From an uncultured Flavobacteriaceae bacterium (GTDB lineage: Bacteria > Bacteroidota > Bacteroidia > Flavobacteriales > Flavobacteriaceae): a DNA stretch of 46,843 bases. The DNA lies in contig CAZBCH010000302.1 in assembly GCA_964490235.1 (NCBI GenBank), forward strand, positions 1 through 46,843, in the 5' to 3' direction. Below the pieces are notes generated by a model. That model had not been told where the DNA came from. It searched no databases and worked only from the letters and a program-made list of their open reading frames with translations. The translations under genes were made by a program, and so were the position numbers. Of this stretch, positions 19,023 to 28,880 are shown in pieces. Numbering within the stretch: position 1 is the first letter of the stretch; each line of letters starts with the position of its first letter.

Positions 19023-19895
19023 TCATCTTCCCTTTTTAGCAATTAAATTATTGTATGGATAATGTAATCTTTTAAATTCATTTACAAGTTTACCGTTTTG
19101 AATAGTGTACCATGAGTATCCCCAGTCACTTAACAAGTCATAAATTTCCTGCACAAAATAACCTGCATTAAATGCATTTTCCTCTGTAAATTCTACCATG
19201 ACATATGGATTATAATTTTTGAAAAAACTTTTCCCACCTAAGACTACAAATTTCTCCCAGCCTTCTACGTCAATTTTGACTAATTTAATTTTTTCCTTCT
19301 CAATTCTTTCTAGTTGTTCATCTAATTTACAGGCTTTTACTTTTATTACATTTTCGACTCCATAAGCCTCGTTTTTCACCATAGAATTCCATGCATCATG
19401 TCCTGTCTCTGATTTATAAAAATTTAATTCTGTTGTTTTGTCTGACAATCCAATATTGTGAGTTTCAATTTGATGAAAATTATTTAATCTTATATTATCA
19501 AGCAACTTTACATAAGTATTTGGATCTGGTTCAAAAGAAATTACCTTACCATCTTCACCAACTTTATCAGCAGCAATAAGTGAAAAAAGGCCAATATTCG
19601 CCCCTATGTCTAAATATGTGTCTCCTTTTTCTAAAATAGAATAAGTAAAATTTAACTCTTCAAGTTCAAAACCCCTATAAATCTCTTTAGATAAGGCATT
19701 TGATTTAAACAAATTTATTTTAATGTTGTTGTAATAATTATAAACCGTATGTCCATCTTGAAATATTTTATCATATTCTTTTTGGCGATTTTCATAAATC
19801 CACTTTTTATAATTATTAAGAAATCTTCTACTAAACCTCATAAGCTTCTGAAAAAACCAAATAGTAAACTTGTTATACTTTATTCTTGAAATCAT
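19023..19895 (-). CDS. FkbM-family methyltransferase
   Basis: DIGANIG, FEPDP and KIDVEGWE motifs. Confidence 0.9.
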   Translation of the reverse strand: MISRIKYNKFTIWFFQKLMRFSRRFLNNYKKWIYENRQKEYDKIFQDGHTVYNYYNNIKINLFKSNALSKEIYRGFELEELNFTYSILEKGDTYLDIGANIGLFSLIAADKVGEDGKVISFEPDPNTYVKLLDNIRLNNFHQIETHNIGLSDKTTELNFYKSETGHDAWNSMVKNEAYGVENVIKVKACKLDEQLERIEKEKIKLVKIDVEGWEKFVVLGGKSFFKNYNPYVMVEFTEENAFNAGYFVQEIYDLLSDWGYSWYTIQNGKLVNEFKRLHYPYNNLIAKKGR

Positions 19896-19924
19896 ATGTG
19901 TGTTATAAAATGATATTTATTAAC

Positions 19925-20704
19925 TTAAAACTTCTCAGGTTTATTAAAAGTAAACTTAAGAATATATAAAAATCGCTTACAAGCATAATACATATCTATA
20001 AATGCTCCTTTTACAATTCTCCACAAACTTGCGATCAGCCCATTAAAGGCACTTTTTACAGTGACCTCTTCATGCCACAATTGGTAATTGCCTATGACAT
20101 CATTTTTAAATCTAAAAAAAAGTTGCTTTTTATTTCTATTGATTTCATAATGAAAAATCGCTGGTACAAATTCAATGTCATAACCTGCTTCTAGCACTCT
20201 TTTAGACCATTCTTTATCTTCAAAGGTAGCGACATCATCTCTAAAGGGATGTTCTTTCCATACCGCTTTCGCAAAAGCGGAACCTGAAAAAATCAATCCT
20301 GCTCGATTAGGATCATCCTTAGCTTGTATTTGATTGATATAGGCTCTATAATCATTTGTACTATGCAAACACCTCAAACCTGCTAGGCCTGGCTTCTCTT
20401 TAAATCGTTGTGCAATAACCCTAAAAAAGTCATGACTTACGGGATAAGAATGGGCACTAAAGATAACCACGATATCATGAGAAGCTTCCTGTGCCGCAAG
20501 ATTTGCACTACTACCGTAAGAAAAATTTTCTATGGTCACTAACCGCGCATCAAATTGCTCGCATACCGTTGCTGTATGATCTGTAGATAAGTTATCGATC
20601 ACGAGTACCTCATCGATATCTCCTGCATAACGCGCTCTCAAATTTTTCAATAAGAAAGAAAGTGCACTAGCCTGGTTTTTAGTTCTTATAACTACAGATA
20701 TCAT
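19925..20704 (-). CDS. GT2 glycosyltransferase
   Basis: SVVIRTKN, IDNLSTD and FEDKEW motifs. Confidence 0.85.
   Translation of the reverse strand: MISVVIRTKNQASALSFLLKNLRARYAGDIDEVLVIDNLSTDHTATVCEQFDARLVTIENFSYGSSANLAAQEASHDIVVIFSAHSYPVSHDFFRVIAQRFKEKPGLAGLRCLHSTNDYRAYINQIQAKDDPNRAGLIFSGSAFAKAVWKEHPFRDDVATFEDKEWSKRVLEAGYDIEFVPAIFHYEINRNKKQLFFRFKNDVIGNYQLWHEEVTVKSAFNGLIASLWRIVKGAFIDMYYACKRFLYILKFTFNKPEKF
20264..20279. repeat. 16-bp palindrome, 1 synonymous mismatch, intragenic (encodes AFAKA)
   Basis: cgctttcgcaaaagcg. Confidence 0.9.
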
Positions 20705-21573
20705 GATGCAGTGCCTGTTTTGCTTTTAAATAAACCCAACACTCTAAAGGGTTTCATAATAAGTTTACCTAGTTTATATTCTAACGAATTTTGCAAGCGT
20801 TGTTCCTTTGTCCTACTCGTTACAAGATGATGGGTAAACACAGTGACGCAATTATCAAAGTCTTCTATATAAATCTCTCTATGCTTGTGCATCAAATACT
20901 CTTTAACTTTTTCTGCTTTAGTTTTAATAGTATCAACCAGCATAGACTGAGATGCTTTACGGTAATAGAATAATGCTTTAGGGATAACATAATAATCATA
21001 ACCACGTTTTGTAATGGAAAGCCAAAAATCCCAATCTTCAAAACCATCCTTCATAGACTCGTCATAACCTCCTACTTCTACCCAACTCTTTTTTCTGTAA
21101 AGCGATGTTGCCACTAATTGGTTGACGTATAATAAATAGCGGTAATTAGTACCTTTTGGCTGATGGGTCATTACCACATTTGAAATCTCTTTTTTAAAAA
21201 ATGCGCTATAGCAACCTACGATAGCAATATGATCGTTTGAACTTAATACAGATTCTGTCTCCTTCAAAAATTCTGGATGCAACAAATCATCTGCATCTAA
21301 TGGTAGTATGTATATACCTTTTGCGATTGAAATTCCAGCATTTCTAGCACTGGACAATCCTCCATTCTCTTTTTCTATGTATTTGAAACGTGCATCTTTA
21401 AGACACCATTTTTGAGCTGCACTTGCAGTATCATCAGGACTACCATCATTAACGATGATACACTCCCAGTTTTCAAAAGACTGATCCATTACAGACTGTA
21501 AAGATGTATCTAAAAAATGCGCCTGTCGGTAGCAAGGAACTATTATAGATATTTGAGGCTGAGCGTCTGTCAT
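20701..21573 (-). CDS. GT2 glycosyltransferase
   Basis: VNDGSPD, GLSSARNAG, LDADD and FEDWDFW motifs. Confidence 0.92.
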   Translation of the reverse strand: MTDAQPQISIIVPCYRQAHFLDTSLQSVMDQSFENWECIIVNDGSPDDTASAAQKWCLKDARFKYIEKENGGLSSARNAGISIAKGIYILPLDADDLLHPEFLKETESVLSSNDHIAIVGCYSAFFKKEISNVVMTHQPKGTNYRYLLYVNQLVATSLYRKKSWVEVGGYDESMKDGFEDWDFWLSITKRGYDYYVIPKALFYYRKASQSMLVDTIKTKAEKVKEYLMHKHREIYIEDFDNCVTVFTHHLVTSRTKEQRLQNSLEYKLGKLIMKPFRVLGLFKSKTGTAS

Positions 21574-21661
21574 TAATTAGTTGAAAAATATTATACAAAT
21601 CTAATAGGTTTTTATAGAATGTAGTGTTGACAATAATCTTTATTGTTTTGAAGATTAACAA

Positions 21662-22777
21662 TCAGGCTTTACATAATATTTCTATGATTTGAGAAACCGC
21701 TTTTCCGTCTCCATATGGATTAACGGCACTTGCCATGATATCATAATGACTTTTATTAAGAATAAGATTTCTTGTTTCATTTACTATCCGCTCTTTGTCA
21801 TTACCTACTAAAACAACAGCTCCACTATCTACAGCTTCTTGTCTTTCAGTAAATTCTCGCATTACTATTACTGGTTTATTGAGCGATGGTGCTTCTTCTT
21901 GAATTCCACCACTATCTGTAATAATTAGATAACTGCGTTTCATGATCCATATGAACAACTCATAATCTAGTGGCTCTATTAATTTGATATTATCTATTCC
22001 CTCTAATTCCTTATGCACTGGAGTAAGAATTTTAGGATTCAAATGAACTGGAAAAATAATATTATAATTAGGGAATTCTTTTGCTATTGCTTTTAATGCT
22101 CCACATATTTCTATAATTCCCACACCTTGATTTTCCCTGCGATGGCTTGTCACTAGAATCACTTCAGAATCACCTATATACTTTTTAAAATCAAGCAGTT
22201 TTTCTGATGGGGATTCTTCAACAATTTTTAAGCCTAAAAACAAAGCATCTATGACAGTATTGCCAGTTACTGCTATGGCTTGCTCGTCTACTTTTTCATC
22301 TATTAATTCTTTTCTAGATTGCATTGTAGGTGCCATATGCAATGTAGCAAGTCTAGAAATAATTTGACGGTTTGCTTCTTCTGGAAATGGCGAATAGATA
22401 TTATGTGTGCGCAATCCTGCTTCTATGTGGACAATTTTCTTTTGAGCATAAAAAGATGCTAGTGCTGCTATCATCGCGGTACTTGTATCTCCATGAACAA
22501 ATACATAGTCTGGATCAAAATCATTGATTACATCAGTAACACCATTCATTAATCTACTAGACAAAGAAGATAGACTCTGATTAGGCTTCATTAAATCTAA
22601 GTCACTATCTGCCTTTAGATCAAAGAAGTCCATCACCTGATCCAGCATTTGTCTATGCTGTGCAGTTACACAAAGATGGAAGTTAAATAATTCTGGTTTT
22701 GATTGAAATTCTTTTATCAAAGGTGCCATCTTAATAGCCTCTGGTCTAGTACCTATTACAATAAGTATTTTTTTCAT
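21662..22777 (-). CDS. wecB: UDP-N-acetylglucosamine 2-epimerase (non-hydrolysing)
   Basis: GTRPEAIKMAP, AQHRQML, HIEAGLRT, TDSGGIQEEAPS and NPYGDG motifs. Confidence 0.95.
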   Translation of the reverse strand: MKKILIVIGTRPEAIKMAPLIKEFQSKPELFNFHLCVTAQHRQMLDQVMDFFDLKADSDLDLMKPNQSLSSLSSRLMNGVTDVINDFDPDYVFVHGDTSTAMIAALASFYAQKKIVHIEAGLRTHNIYSPFPEEANRQIISRLATLHMAPTMQSRKELIDEKVDEQAIAVTGNTVIDALFLGLKIVEESPSEKLLDFKKYIGDSEVILVTSHRRENQGVGIIEICGALKAIAKEFPNYNIIFPVHLNPKILTPVHKELEGIDNIKLIEPLDYELFIWIMKRSYLIITDSGGIQEEAPSLNKPVIVMREFTERQEAVDSGAVVLVGNDKERIVNETRNLILNKSHYDIMASAVNPYGDGKAVSQIIEILCKA

Positions 22778-22885
22778 AAAATAAGTATATTAGGATTTCA
22801 ATAAATCGATCATTTTCAACATACGAATATATTTAGGCTTTCTAGTAATAGTTGCCGTATACCTTTAGACTTCTATTAAAATACT

Positions 22886-23899
22886 TTAAACAGGTTTAAT
22901 AATTTTTCTTTTAATTCTTTTAAGTGTATATATAAATAACCATAAAAGTGATGGAATACTCAGTCTATACTTTTTTACAATATTATAGCTGACTCTTAAA
23001 GACTTAGAAATCATCATAAAGTCCAATAGCTTTTCATAGTGTTTGATATGAGCTTTAAAAGCGGTAATTAAGCTATGTTGATCATATTTTTGAACAATGT
23101 TAATCATATCATTAAGGATGATCAAATTGTTTTCTAAGAAATAGCTAGAAGCTTCTTTTTTAGCCAAATGATTCAAAACTAAAAAATGCTTAGTAATTGC
23201 GCCATAGTTAAACTTATGCTGCAATTTAGAAAACATTTTATCGATTAAATCTTGTTTAAATCCACCTGACGTACTAATCTCTGATGTTAATGATGCCCCA
23301 TGTAACCTATATCTATACAAGCTTTCCTCTACCTTATGGCATTTTAGTCCAATTAAATTAGATACCCAAAATTCATAATCTTCTACCCTAAATAAATCCA
23401 CATCATATGCATTATCTTTAAATAAGCTTGCTTTTCCTAAAAAGCTAGGACCTATTACATTTTGAAATAACAACTCCTTTATCGCACCTACAGGTTGTGT
23501 TTTAATAAAACGATTATCTTTATTAATTACATCATAGTTAGAATAAACAAAATCTGATTTAGTCTTTGTGATACTATCTAATAAAACCTCTAGATAATTA
23601 TTCTTCAATACATTATCGTCACTTGTCCAGGTTACATATTTACCTCGAGCGGTTGCAAAACCAGCATTTAACGTATATGGAAGTTTTTTGTTTATTTCGT
23701 TTTGAATTATGGTTATCCTGCTATCTGTTTTTTGATAGGTACTTGCAATATTTAAACTTTGATCAGTTGAGCAATCATTAACTATAATGAGCTCCCAATT
23801 TTTAATTGATTGACTAAAACAACTGTCTAATGCCTGCGCAAGAAACTCTTCACCATTGTAAAGAGGTAAGATTATCGATATTAAAGGAGTTGTTTTCAC
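22886..23899 (-). CDS. GT2 glycosyltransferase
   Basis: VNDCSTD, WTSDDN and VEDYEFW motifs; GTG start. Confidence 0.88.
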   Translation of the reverse strand: MKTTPLISIILPLYNGEEFLAQALDSCFSQSIKNWELIIVNDCSTDQSLNIASTYQKTDSRITIIQNEINKKLPYTLNAGFATARGKYVTWTSDDNVLKNNYLEVLLDSITKTKSDFVYSNYDVINKDNRFIKTQPVGAIKELLFQNVIGPSFLGKASLFKDNAYDVDLFRVEDYEFWVSNLIGLKCHKVEESLYRYRLHGASLTSEISTSGGFKQDLIDKMFSKLQHKFNYGAITKHFLVLNHLAKKEASSYFLENNLIILNDMINIVQKYDQHSLITAFKAHIKHYEKLLDFMMISKSLRVSYNIVKKYRLSIPSLLWLFIYTLKRIKRKIIKPV

Positions 23900-24087
23900 T
23901 AGAGCTGATTATAAGATTTTAATAGAGCCGATTGATGTAAGAGCCAACTATAAAAATAGGCAATGACTGGTCCTTACTTTGAATCAGATATGTACTTAGT
24001 TTTATGAGGTTTTATTAAGTAAATTAAGTTTGATCAAAGCTAGTTACTATATTAAACCAGTATATTTTAAATACTTGTCTCCTTATA

Positions 24088-25020
24088 TTAAGAACGAATA
24101 TACTTCATAATCGCATAGCCTTTTCCCGTCACAAAAGTTACTGCTATCGCAAGTGGATATAAAAATCCTTTAACACCAAAAAACTTAACTAGTAGTGAAG
24201 TTGTTTTCCAGATCTTCTCTGGCATTACTCTAGAACTTGCTAATTCATAATTTAATTGCAATTGACTGGCTAGCATCCATCTGTTCATTTCTATGGTACC
24301 TGAATTTTTGAAGAAATTTACCGTGGCTAAAAAATTATCGGCAGTTGTGGCTTTGAAAACATTCATATCTTTTTTTGCCATCTCGACTATACCTTGATCA
24401 TGAATTCTACGATGTGTTAAAATTTCATTGATTAAAAATCCATTTTCTGTAAGTAATAATAATTTGATATTATATTGATATTCAGTAGCCTGATCTCTTA
24501 GACCAGCTAAAAAACTAATCTGATCTGCGTATTCTCTTTTCAATAATAAATCATTAGTAATCCATGCCGTTTTAAAATCTGCAAATCTCATAGCAGTTAA
24601 TTCTGCAGTGGTGCGATCGATCTCATAAGGTCTTTCTAATAATCCAGTCTCGTCAAAGTTGATACAGTCACCTACAACAAAATCATAATTCCCTTCTTTT
24701 AAATACTTTATACTCGTCTCTAAATGATGTGGCAGCATCACATCATCACTATCAAAAAACTTTACGTAATCTCCTTTTGATAATGTATAGCCGTAGTTTC
24801 TTGAAAAGTTAGCGCCTTTGGGTACACTTTCAGGTCTCTGCAGATAAATAAAGCGCTTATCATTATTTACACATTCTTGTACGATCTCATTAGTATGATC
24901 TGTCGAGCCATCATCTACTATGATGCATTCAAAATCAGTATAAGTTTGATTCTGGATAGCTGTAAGTGTTTCTGCTATATACGCTGCTCGATTATAGGTA
25001 GCGATGATGATAGAAATCAT
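24088..25020 (-). CDS. GT2 glycosyltransferase
   Basis: IATYNRA, VDDGSTD and FFDSDD motifs. Confidence 0.9.
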   Translation of the reverse strand: MISIIIATYNRAAYIAETLTAIQNQTYTDFECIIVDDGSTDHTNEIVQECVNNDKRFIYLQRPESVPKGANFSRNYGYTLSKGDYVKFFDSDDVMLPHHLETSIKYLKEGNYDFVVGDCINFDETGLLERPYEIDRTTAELTAMRFADFKTAWITNDLLLKREYADQISFLAGLRDQATEYQYNIKLLLLTENGFLINEILTHRRIHDQGIVEMAKKDMNVFKATTADNFLATVNFFKNSGTIEMNRWMLASQLQLNYELASSRVMPEKIWKTTSLLVKFFGVKGFLYPLAIAVTFVTGKGYAIMKYIRS

Positions 25021-25026
25021 ATAATA

Positions 25027-25863
25027 TTAATTGGTATTGATAATGTTCTTTAATCCTTCAACAAATGTGATAATGGAATGACTCCATTTAAAAGATGTAC
25101 TGTTTCTTATCCTGCGATTTTCTTTTCTCAGTCTGTTATTCTCTTTAATAAATTCCTTAAAAAAATAAGCATGATTCTGCTTGTAATCCTCTAAGTATTT
25201 ATAGTATAACTTCATGCGCAGCTTTAGGTCATTGATCTCTGCATGATCATTTCTAGAGGCCTCAGTATCGGTATAGTTAAAAAGTACTTCTCTTACAACT
25301 CCATAACTATATCCCAATTTTAAAATCCTTATGTTTAAATCCCAGTCTTCATAGCCCAGTCTCATTTGCTCATCATACATGCCTGCTTTTATAACTATTT
25401 CCTTCTTAAACAGTAAACAAGAAAGGGCACCGTTATTCATCAAACAGGACTCTAATGTAATCTCTGGCGGTATATAAGGCAGGATTTTCTTACCATTCAC
25501 CACACGCACATAACCACACATGACAGCGCCATAACGATCATCTTCCTCAAACTTTTTCAATGCTTTTTCTACAAAAGTGTCCTCAAAATAATCATCTGCG
25601 TCCAGTGTTAAAAGATAGGTTCCCTTAGCTTGTTCTATACCAGCATTTCTCGCGGCACAAACACCTTTATTTTCTTGATCAATTATAGTTATGGTGGAAT
25701 GTTCTCTTTGCAATTCCTCAATCACTCTCAAAGAGCCGTCTGTAGAACCATCGTTGATGACAATAATCTGATCGATAGCCACGGTCTGTGTTAACAAACT
25801 AGTAATAGCTCTACCTATTGTAGCTTGAGAATTATAACATGGAATGATAGCAGATACCAGCAT
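25027..25863 (-). CDS. GT2 glycosyltransferase
   Basis: INDGSTD, GVCAARNAG, LDADD and YEDWD motifs. Confidence 0.9.
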   Translation of the reverse strand: MLVSAIIPCYNSQATIGRAITSLLTQTVAIDQIIVINDGSTDGSLRVIEELQREHSTITIIDQENKGVCAARNAGIEQAKGTYLLTLDADDYFEDTFVEKALKKFEEDDRYGAVMCGYVRVVNGKKILPYIPPEITLESCLMNNGALSCLLFKKEIVIKAGMYDEQMRLGYEDWDLNIRILKLGYSYGVVREVLFNYTDTEASRNDHAEINDLKLRMKLYYKYLEDYKQNHAYFFKEFIKENNRLRKENRRIRNSTSFKWSHSIITFVEGLKNIINTN

Positions 25864-25867
25864 GCCG

Positions 25868-25875
25868 CAAAATTA
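25868..25875 (-). promoter_or_regulatory. -7 element of a probable leaderless internal promoter
   Basis: TAATTTTG-CGGC-ATG on the minus strand. Confidence 0.6.
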
Positions 25876-25909
25876 GACTTTTTTACAAGTAATGACGTTA
25901 TTATTTATC

Positions 25910-25925
25910 CGCTTTCGCGAAAGCG
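25910..25925. repeat. 16-bp palindrome, perfect, intergenic
   Basis: cgctttcgcgaaagcg. Confidence 0.95.
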
Positions 25926-25959
25926 AAACTCTTAAAACCTCTGTGCTCCTATCACACTA

Positions 25960-26805
25960 CTATTTATAAGAACGTTTTTTGTTTAATAGAGTAGAAAGAA
26001 TTGAAATAAATCGATTCAAGAGGCGCAGCAACTTTTTATTAGTCGTGAGCAAACCTATTTGAGGATGTAACTGATCAAGGATGAATGACTGGTTGCTATG
26101 ATGTTGCAGCAACTGATCAAAACTGGAATTGAACAAATCAAAATGTTCTAGAAGTACACTTTTAATTTCGTTATTCTTTACATCAGCAGTTGTAGCAGAT
26201 GTGGAAATGCCACCTTCATAAAAGTGAGCTATAGTAAGATCTATTTTTTGATAAGAAACCTGTTCCACACAAATCACTTTTATAAAAAATGCCCAATCAG
26301 ATACTACTTTTAAATCCGTACGATAACTACCGTATTTGTAAAACAACTCTTTTTTTATAAAAGTAGATGGATGCCCTAAAGAGGTCTGTTTAAAAAACGT
26401 AAAATCTAGTGATGCAGGATAGCTATGTTTAAAACTAGGTCCATCCGTAGCTACTATATAAAGATCACCATAAACGATAGCACTGTCATTTTCTAAATGG
26501 GGTAGCGCCTGTTCCAGAACCTTATCGTTTAATAAAGTATCACCACTGTTTAAGAAAAGCAGGTATTCACCACTTGCATGACGTATACCTTTATTCATTG
26601 CATCATAGATACCATGATCGGGCTCGCTGATCCAGTAACTATAATGTTCTTTTGTACGCTCTATTAAGTCCACACTACCGTCACTACTATTACCATCAAT
26701 AATTAGATGTTCAAAATCAGAGGCGCTTTGATTTTGAACGCTTTTAATAGTACGTTCCAATCCTGTAGCGTCGTTGTAATTGATGGTGATGATGGATAAT
26801 TTCAT
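25960..26805 (-). CDS. GT2 glycosyltransferase (WfgS/WcaE-like)
   Basis: GIYDAMNKG, FLNSGD and HPSTF motifs. Confidence 0.9.
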   Translation of the reverse strand: MKLSIITINYNDATGLERTIKSVQNQSASDFEHLIIDGNSSDGSVDLIERTKEHYSYWISEPDHGIYDAMNKGIRHASGEYLLFLNSGDTLLNDKVLEQALPHLENDSAIVYGDLYIVATDGPSFKHSYPASLDFTFFKQTSLGHPSTFIKKELFYKYGSYRTDLKVVSDWAFFIKVICVEQVSYQKIDLTIAHFYEGGISTSATTADVKNNEIKSVLLEHFDLFNSSFDQLLQHHSNQSFILDQLHPQIGLLTTNKKLLRLLNRFISILSTLLNKKRSYK

Positions 26806-26818
26806 AGAATAATGGTTG

Positions 26819-27712
26819 CTATAACATGGCTCTTACCGAAGTAATGGCCTTGGTATTATAGTCTTTATATTTTTGATACTTCCATAATTTGAGTAAAACA
26901 GCATCTGTAAAATAACGGCCATTAATTACTTGAGAAATGTTCTTAGAAATCTTAAATAGGGAATGATCCCAAAACTGTTCTTCCATCAATTTTTTAAAAA
27001 GAACTGCATAAGATTCATTATATCTTTCATAGATAAGCAGCAATTCTTGTTGCCTTTTATCGCCACCAGCACCACTTTTATGATCTTCATGAATACGGTA
27101 TAGAGATAAAGGTCTTGAAAAGGAATGCAATGAAATACCATTCTTTTGTGCTCTTAAAAACCATTCCCAGTCAAAACCAAAATGAAGAGTCGCATCTAAA
27201 ACACCATTTTGTTCCCATACTTTTTTTGTCCAGAAGGAAGATGGCTGTATGATATAATCTATAGCCTCTAGATCTTGCTTTTTATGAGCAGTAACAACGT
27301 CACTTCCTCTAGTATCAAGAGCATCTTTATTAATCTCATGAAAATGAATGCAGTTCCCAAAATAAATCGCATCTCCATACTCTAGATAGAGCTGTGCTGC
27401 ATAATTTAAAACACCAGGCATTAACATATCATCGCTATTAAGCCACATAAGAAGATCTCCTGTCGCCTTATCAAAACCAGCATTTACAGCGGCTGCCTGA
27501 CCTCCATCTTTTCCAGAAAACCAGTAAGCAAGTCGTGACTCGTATTTTTTAATTATAGAAACAGATGCATCAGTACTACCACCATCCATAATAATGTATT
27601 CGATATTAGGATATTCCTGACCTAAGACAGAAAGTATCGTTTGCTCAAGAAACTGCCCTTGATTATAGGATGGAGTGATGATGGATATTTTGGGGCTGTT
27701 CTCCGAACTCAT
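26819..27712 (-). CDS. GT2 glycosyltransferase (WfgS-like)
   Basis: [20 protein letters not shown] and QPSSFW motifs. Confidence 0.9.
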   Translation of the reverse strand: MSSENSPKISIITPSYNQGQFLEQTILSVLGQEYPNIEYIIMDGGSTDASVSIIKKYESRLAYWFSGKDGGQAAAVNAGFDKATGDLLMWLNSDDMLMPGVLNYAAQLYLEYGDAIYFGNCIHFHEINKDALDTRGSDVVTAHKKQDLEAIDYIIQPSSFWTKKVWEQNGVLDATLHFGFDWEWFLRAQKNGISLHSFSRPLSLYRIHEDHKSGAGGDKRQQELLLIYERYNESYAVLFKKLMEEQFWDHSLFKISKNISQVINGRYFTDAVLLKLWKYQKYKDYNTKAITSVRAML

Positions 27713-27731
27713 GTTACTTATAAATTAAGTC

Positions 27732-28880
27732 TCAGGCTATAGTCATTAACTCCATAAAGTCTTTTGCAAAAGCCTTGACAAAAATACTATAATCTAACTC
27801 TACCTCATTTTGAAAAGCTAGATCATCTTTTAAAAGTATCTGAGCTAATTCTTGAGGTTCTTTGGGATTAAAGAAAGTTACATTTTGCTTTACTTGTTCT
27901 TTATGAACATCAATATTTGATAACACCAAAAATTTATCTTGCGCCTTTGCATCTTCTACAACAGTGCTCCATCCTTCAAATAAAGATGGTTGAATAACGG
28001 CTATTGAATTCTGCAAAATTAGTAATTGATCTTCACGAGGTAAAAAACCTAAAAATTTTACATTATTTTCAAGTTGATATTCTTTGACTAAACTTTTTAA
28101 ATTTTCAACATGACCAGAAGTTCTATAATCTGCTTCTTTACCAGAAAACGCTATTAATAATTCTGGATTAGTTTGAACGGCAATCTTAAGCGCTTCTATA
28201 ACTACAATATGGTTTTTATGAATCCAGAACTGATTAGGTGTAAAGAAGTAAGGCCTTGTTAAGCTATACTTAGATCGTACTTGTTCAAAATTTGTTTGAT
28301 TGATAGGCTGATGTGTTACCGCAAATTTCAGTACAAAGGTCTCGCATTTTGATTCAGGAAATAGATTTTTGAAATCTTTGCAGGCGTCATCACTGCTAAA
28401 CACTACAATATCTGCATTTTGAGCAATAAATTCATGCCTTTTGTATCGATTACTTATATCCTTTTTTGTGAATAATTCTGGTAAATGGATTTCCTGAAAA
28501 TCTGGAATCCATTCTACATGTTTAATATGAGAGCAATCCATTCCTTTAATAGGACTAGGATATAAAAAATCTACGTTCACAGATTTTAATTTTGAAGAAT
28601 TGAACAACTTGCGGTTCAACAGCTTTTTAGAAACTCTATTACTGATGGTTTTAAATTTACTTAAACTAAAATTCAGACTCTTAAACTTTAAATAAGGATA
28701 ATTAGTAATGTCTTTGAGTTCTCTAAATCGCTCTTCACTTTCAGAAAAAACAGTAATCTCTGGCTTTACTTTATCATCTAAAGTTTGAAGCGCATGGATC
28801 AAGTTTAATATGTAATAAGTACCACCTATCCAGTTCTCATTATAGGAATAGATTAAACCTAACTTTATTTTTTGAGCCAT
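27732..28880 (-). CDS. GT4 glycosyltransferase
   Basis: NQFWIHKNH and PSLFEGWSTVVED motifs. Confidence 0.88.
   Translation of the reverse strand: MAQKIKLGLIYSYNENWIGGTYYILNLIHALQTLDDKVKPEITVFSESEERFRELKDITNYPYLKFKSLNFSLSKFKTISNRVSKKLLNRKLFNSSKLKSVNVDFLYPSPIKGMDCSHIKHVEWIPDFQEIHLPELFTKKDISNRYKRHEFIAQNADIVVFSSDDACKDFKNLFPESKCETFVLKFAVTHQPINQTNFEQVRSKYSLTRPYFFTPNQFWIHKNHIVVIEALKIAVQTNPELLIAFSGKEADYRTSGHVENLKSLVKEYQLENNVKFLGFLPREDQLLILQNSIAVIQPSLFEGWSTVVEDAKAQDKFLVLSNIDVHKEQVKQNVTFFNPKEPQELAQILLKDDLAFQNEVELDYSIFVKAFAKDFMELMTIA

Noticed and set aside
21473-21661. 62-aa ORF between wecB and the GT2 gene
   Set aside because: It overlaps the GT2 start by about 100 nt in another frame, is low complexity and has no motif.
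23901-24042. Three agagcYRaYt words and a tttgatcaaa palindrome with opposed TAnnTTTG matches in a 188-bp gap
   Set aside because: Short, irregularly spaced and compatible with chance in AT-rich DNA.
27759-27774. gtcttttgcaaaagcc (AFAK) as a palindrome copy
   Set aside because: Only 11/16 matches, mostly A/T, so plausible by chance. The 16732-16747 site is similarly weak and is mentioned only as a possible relic.
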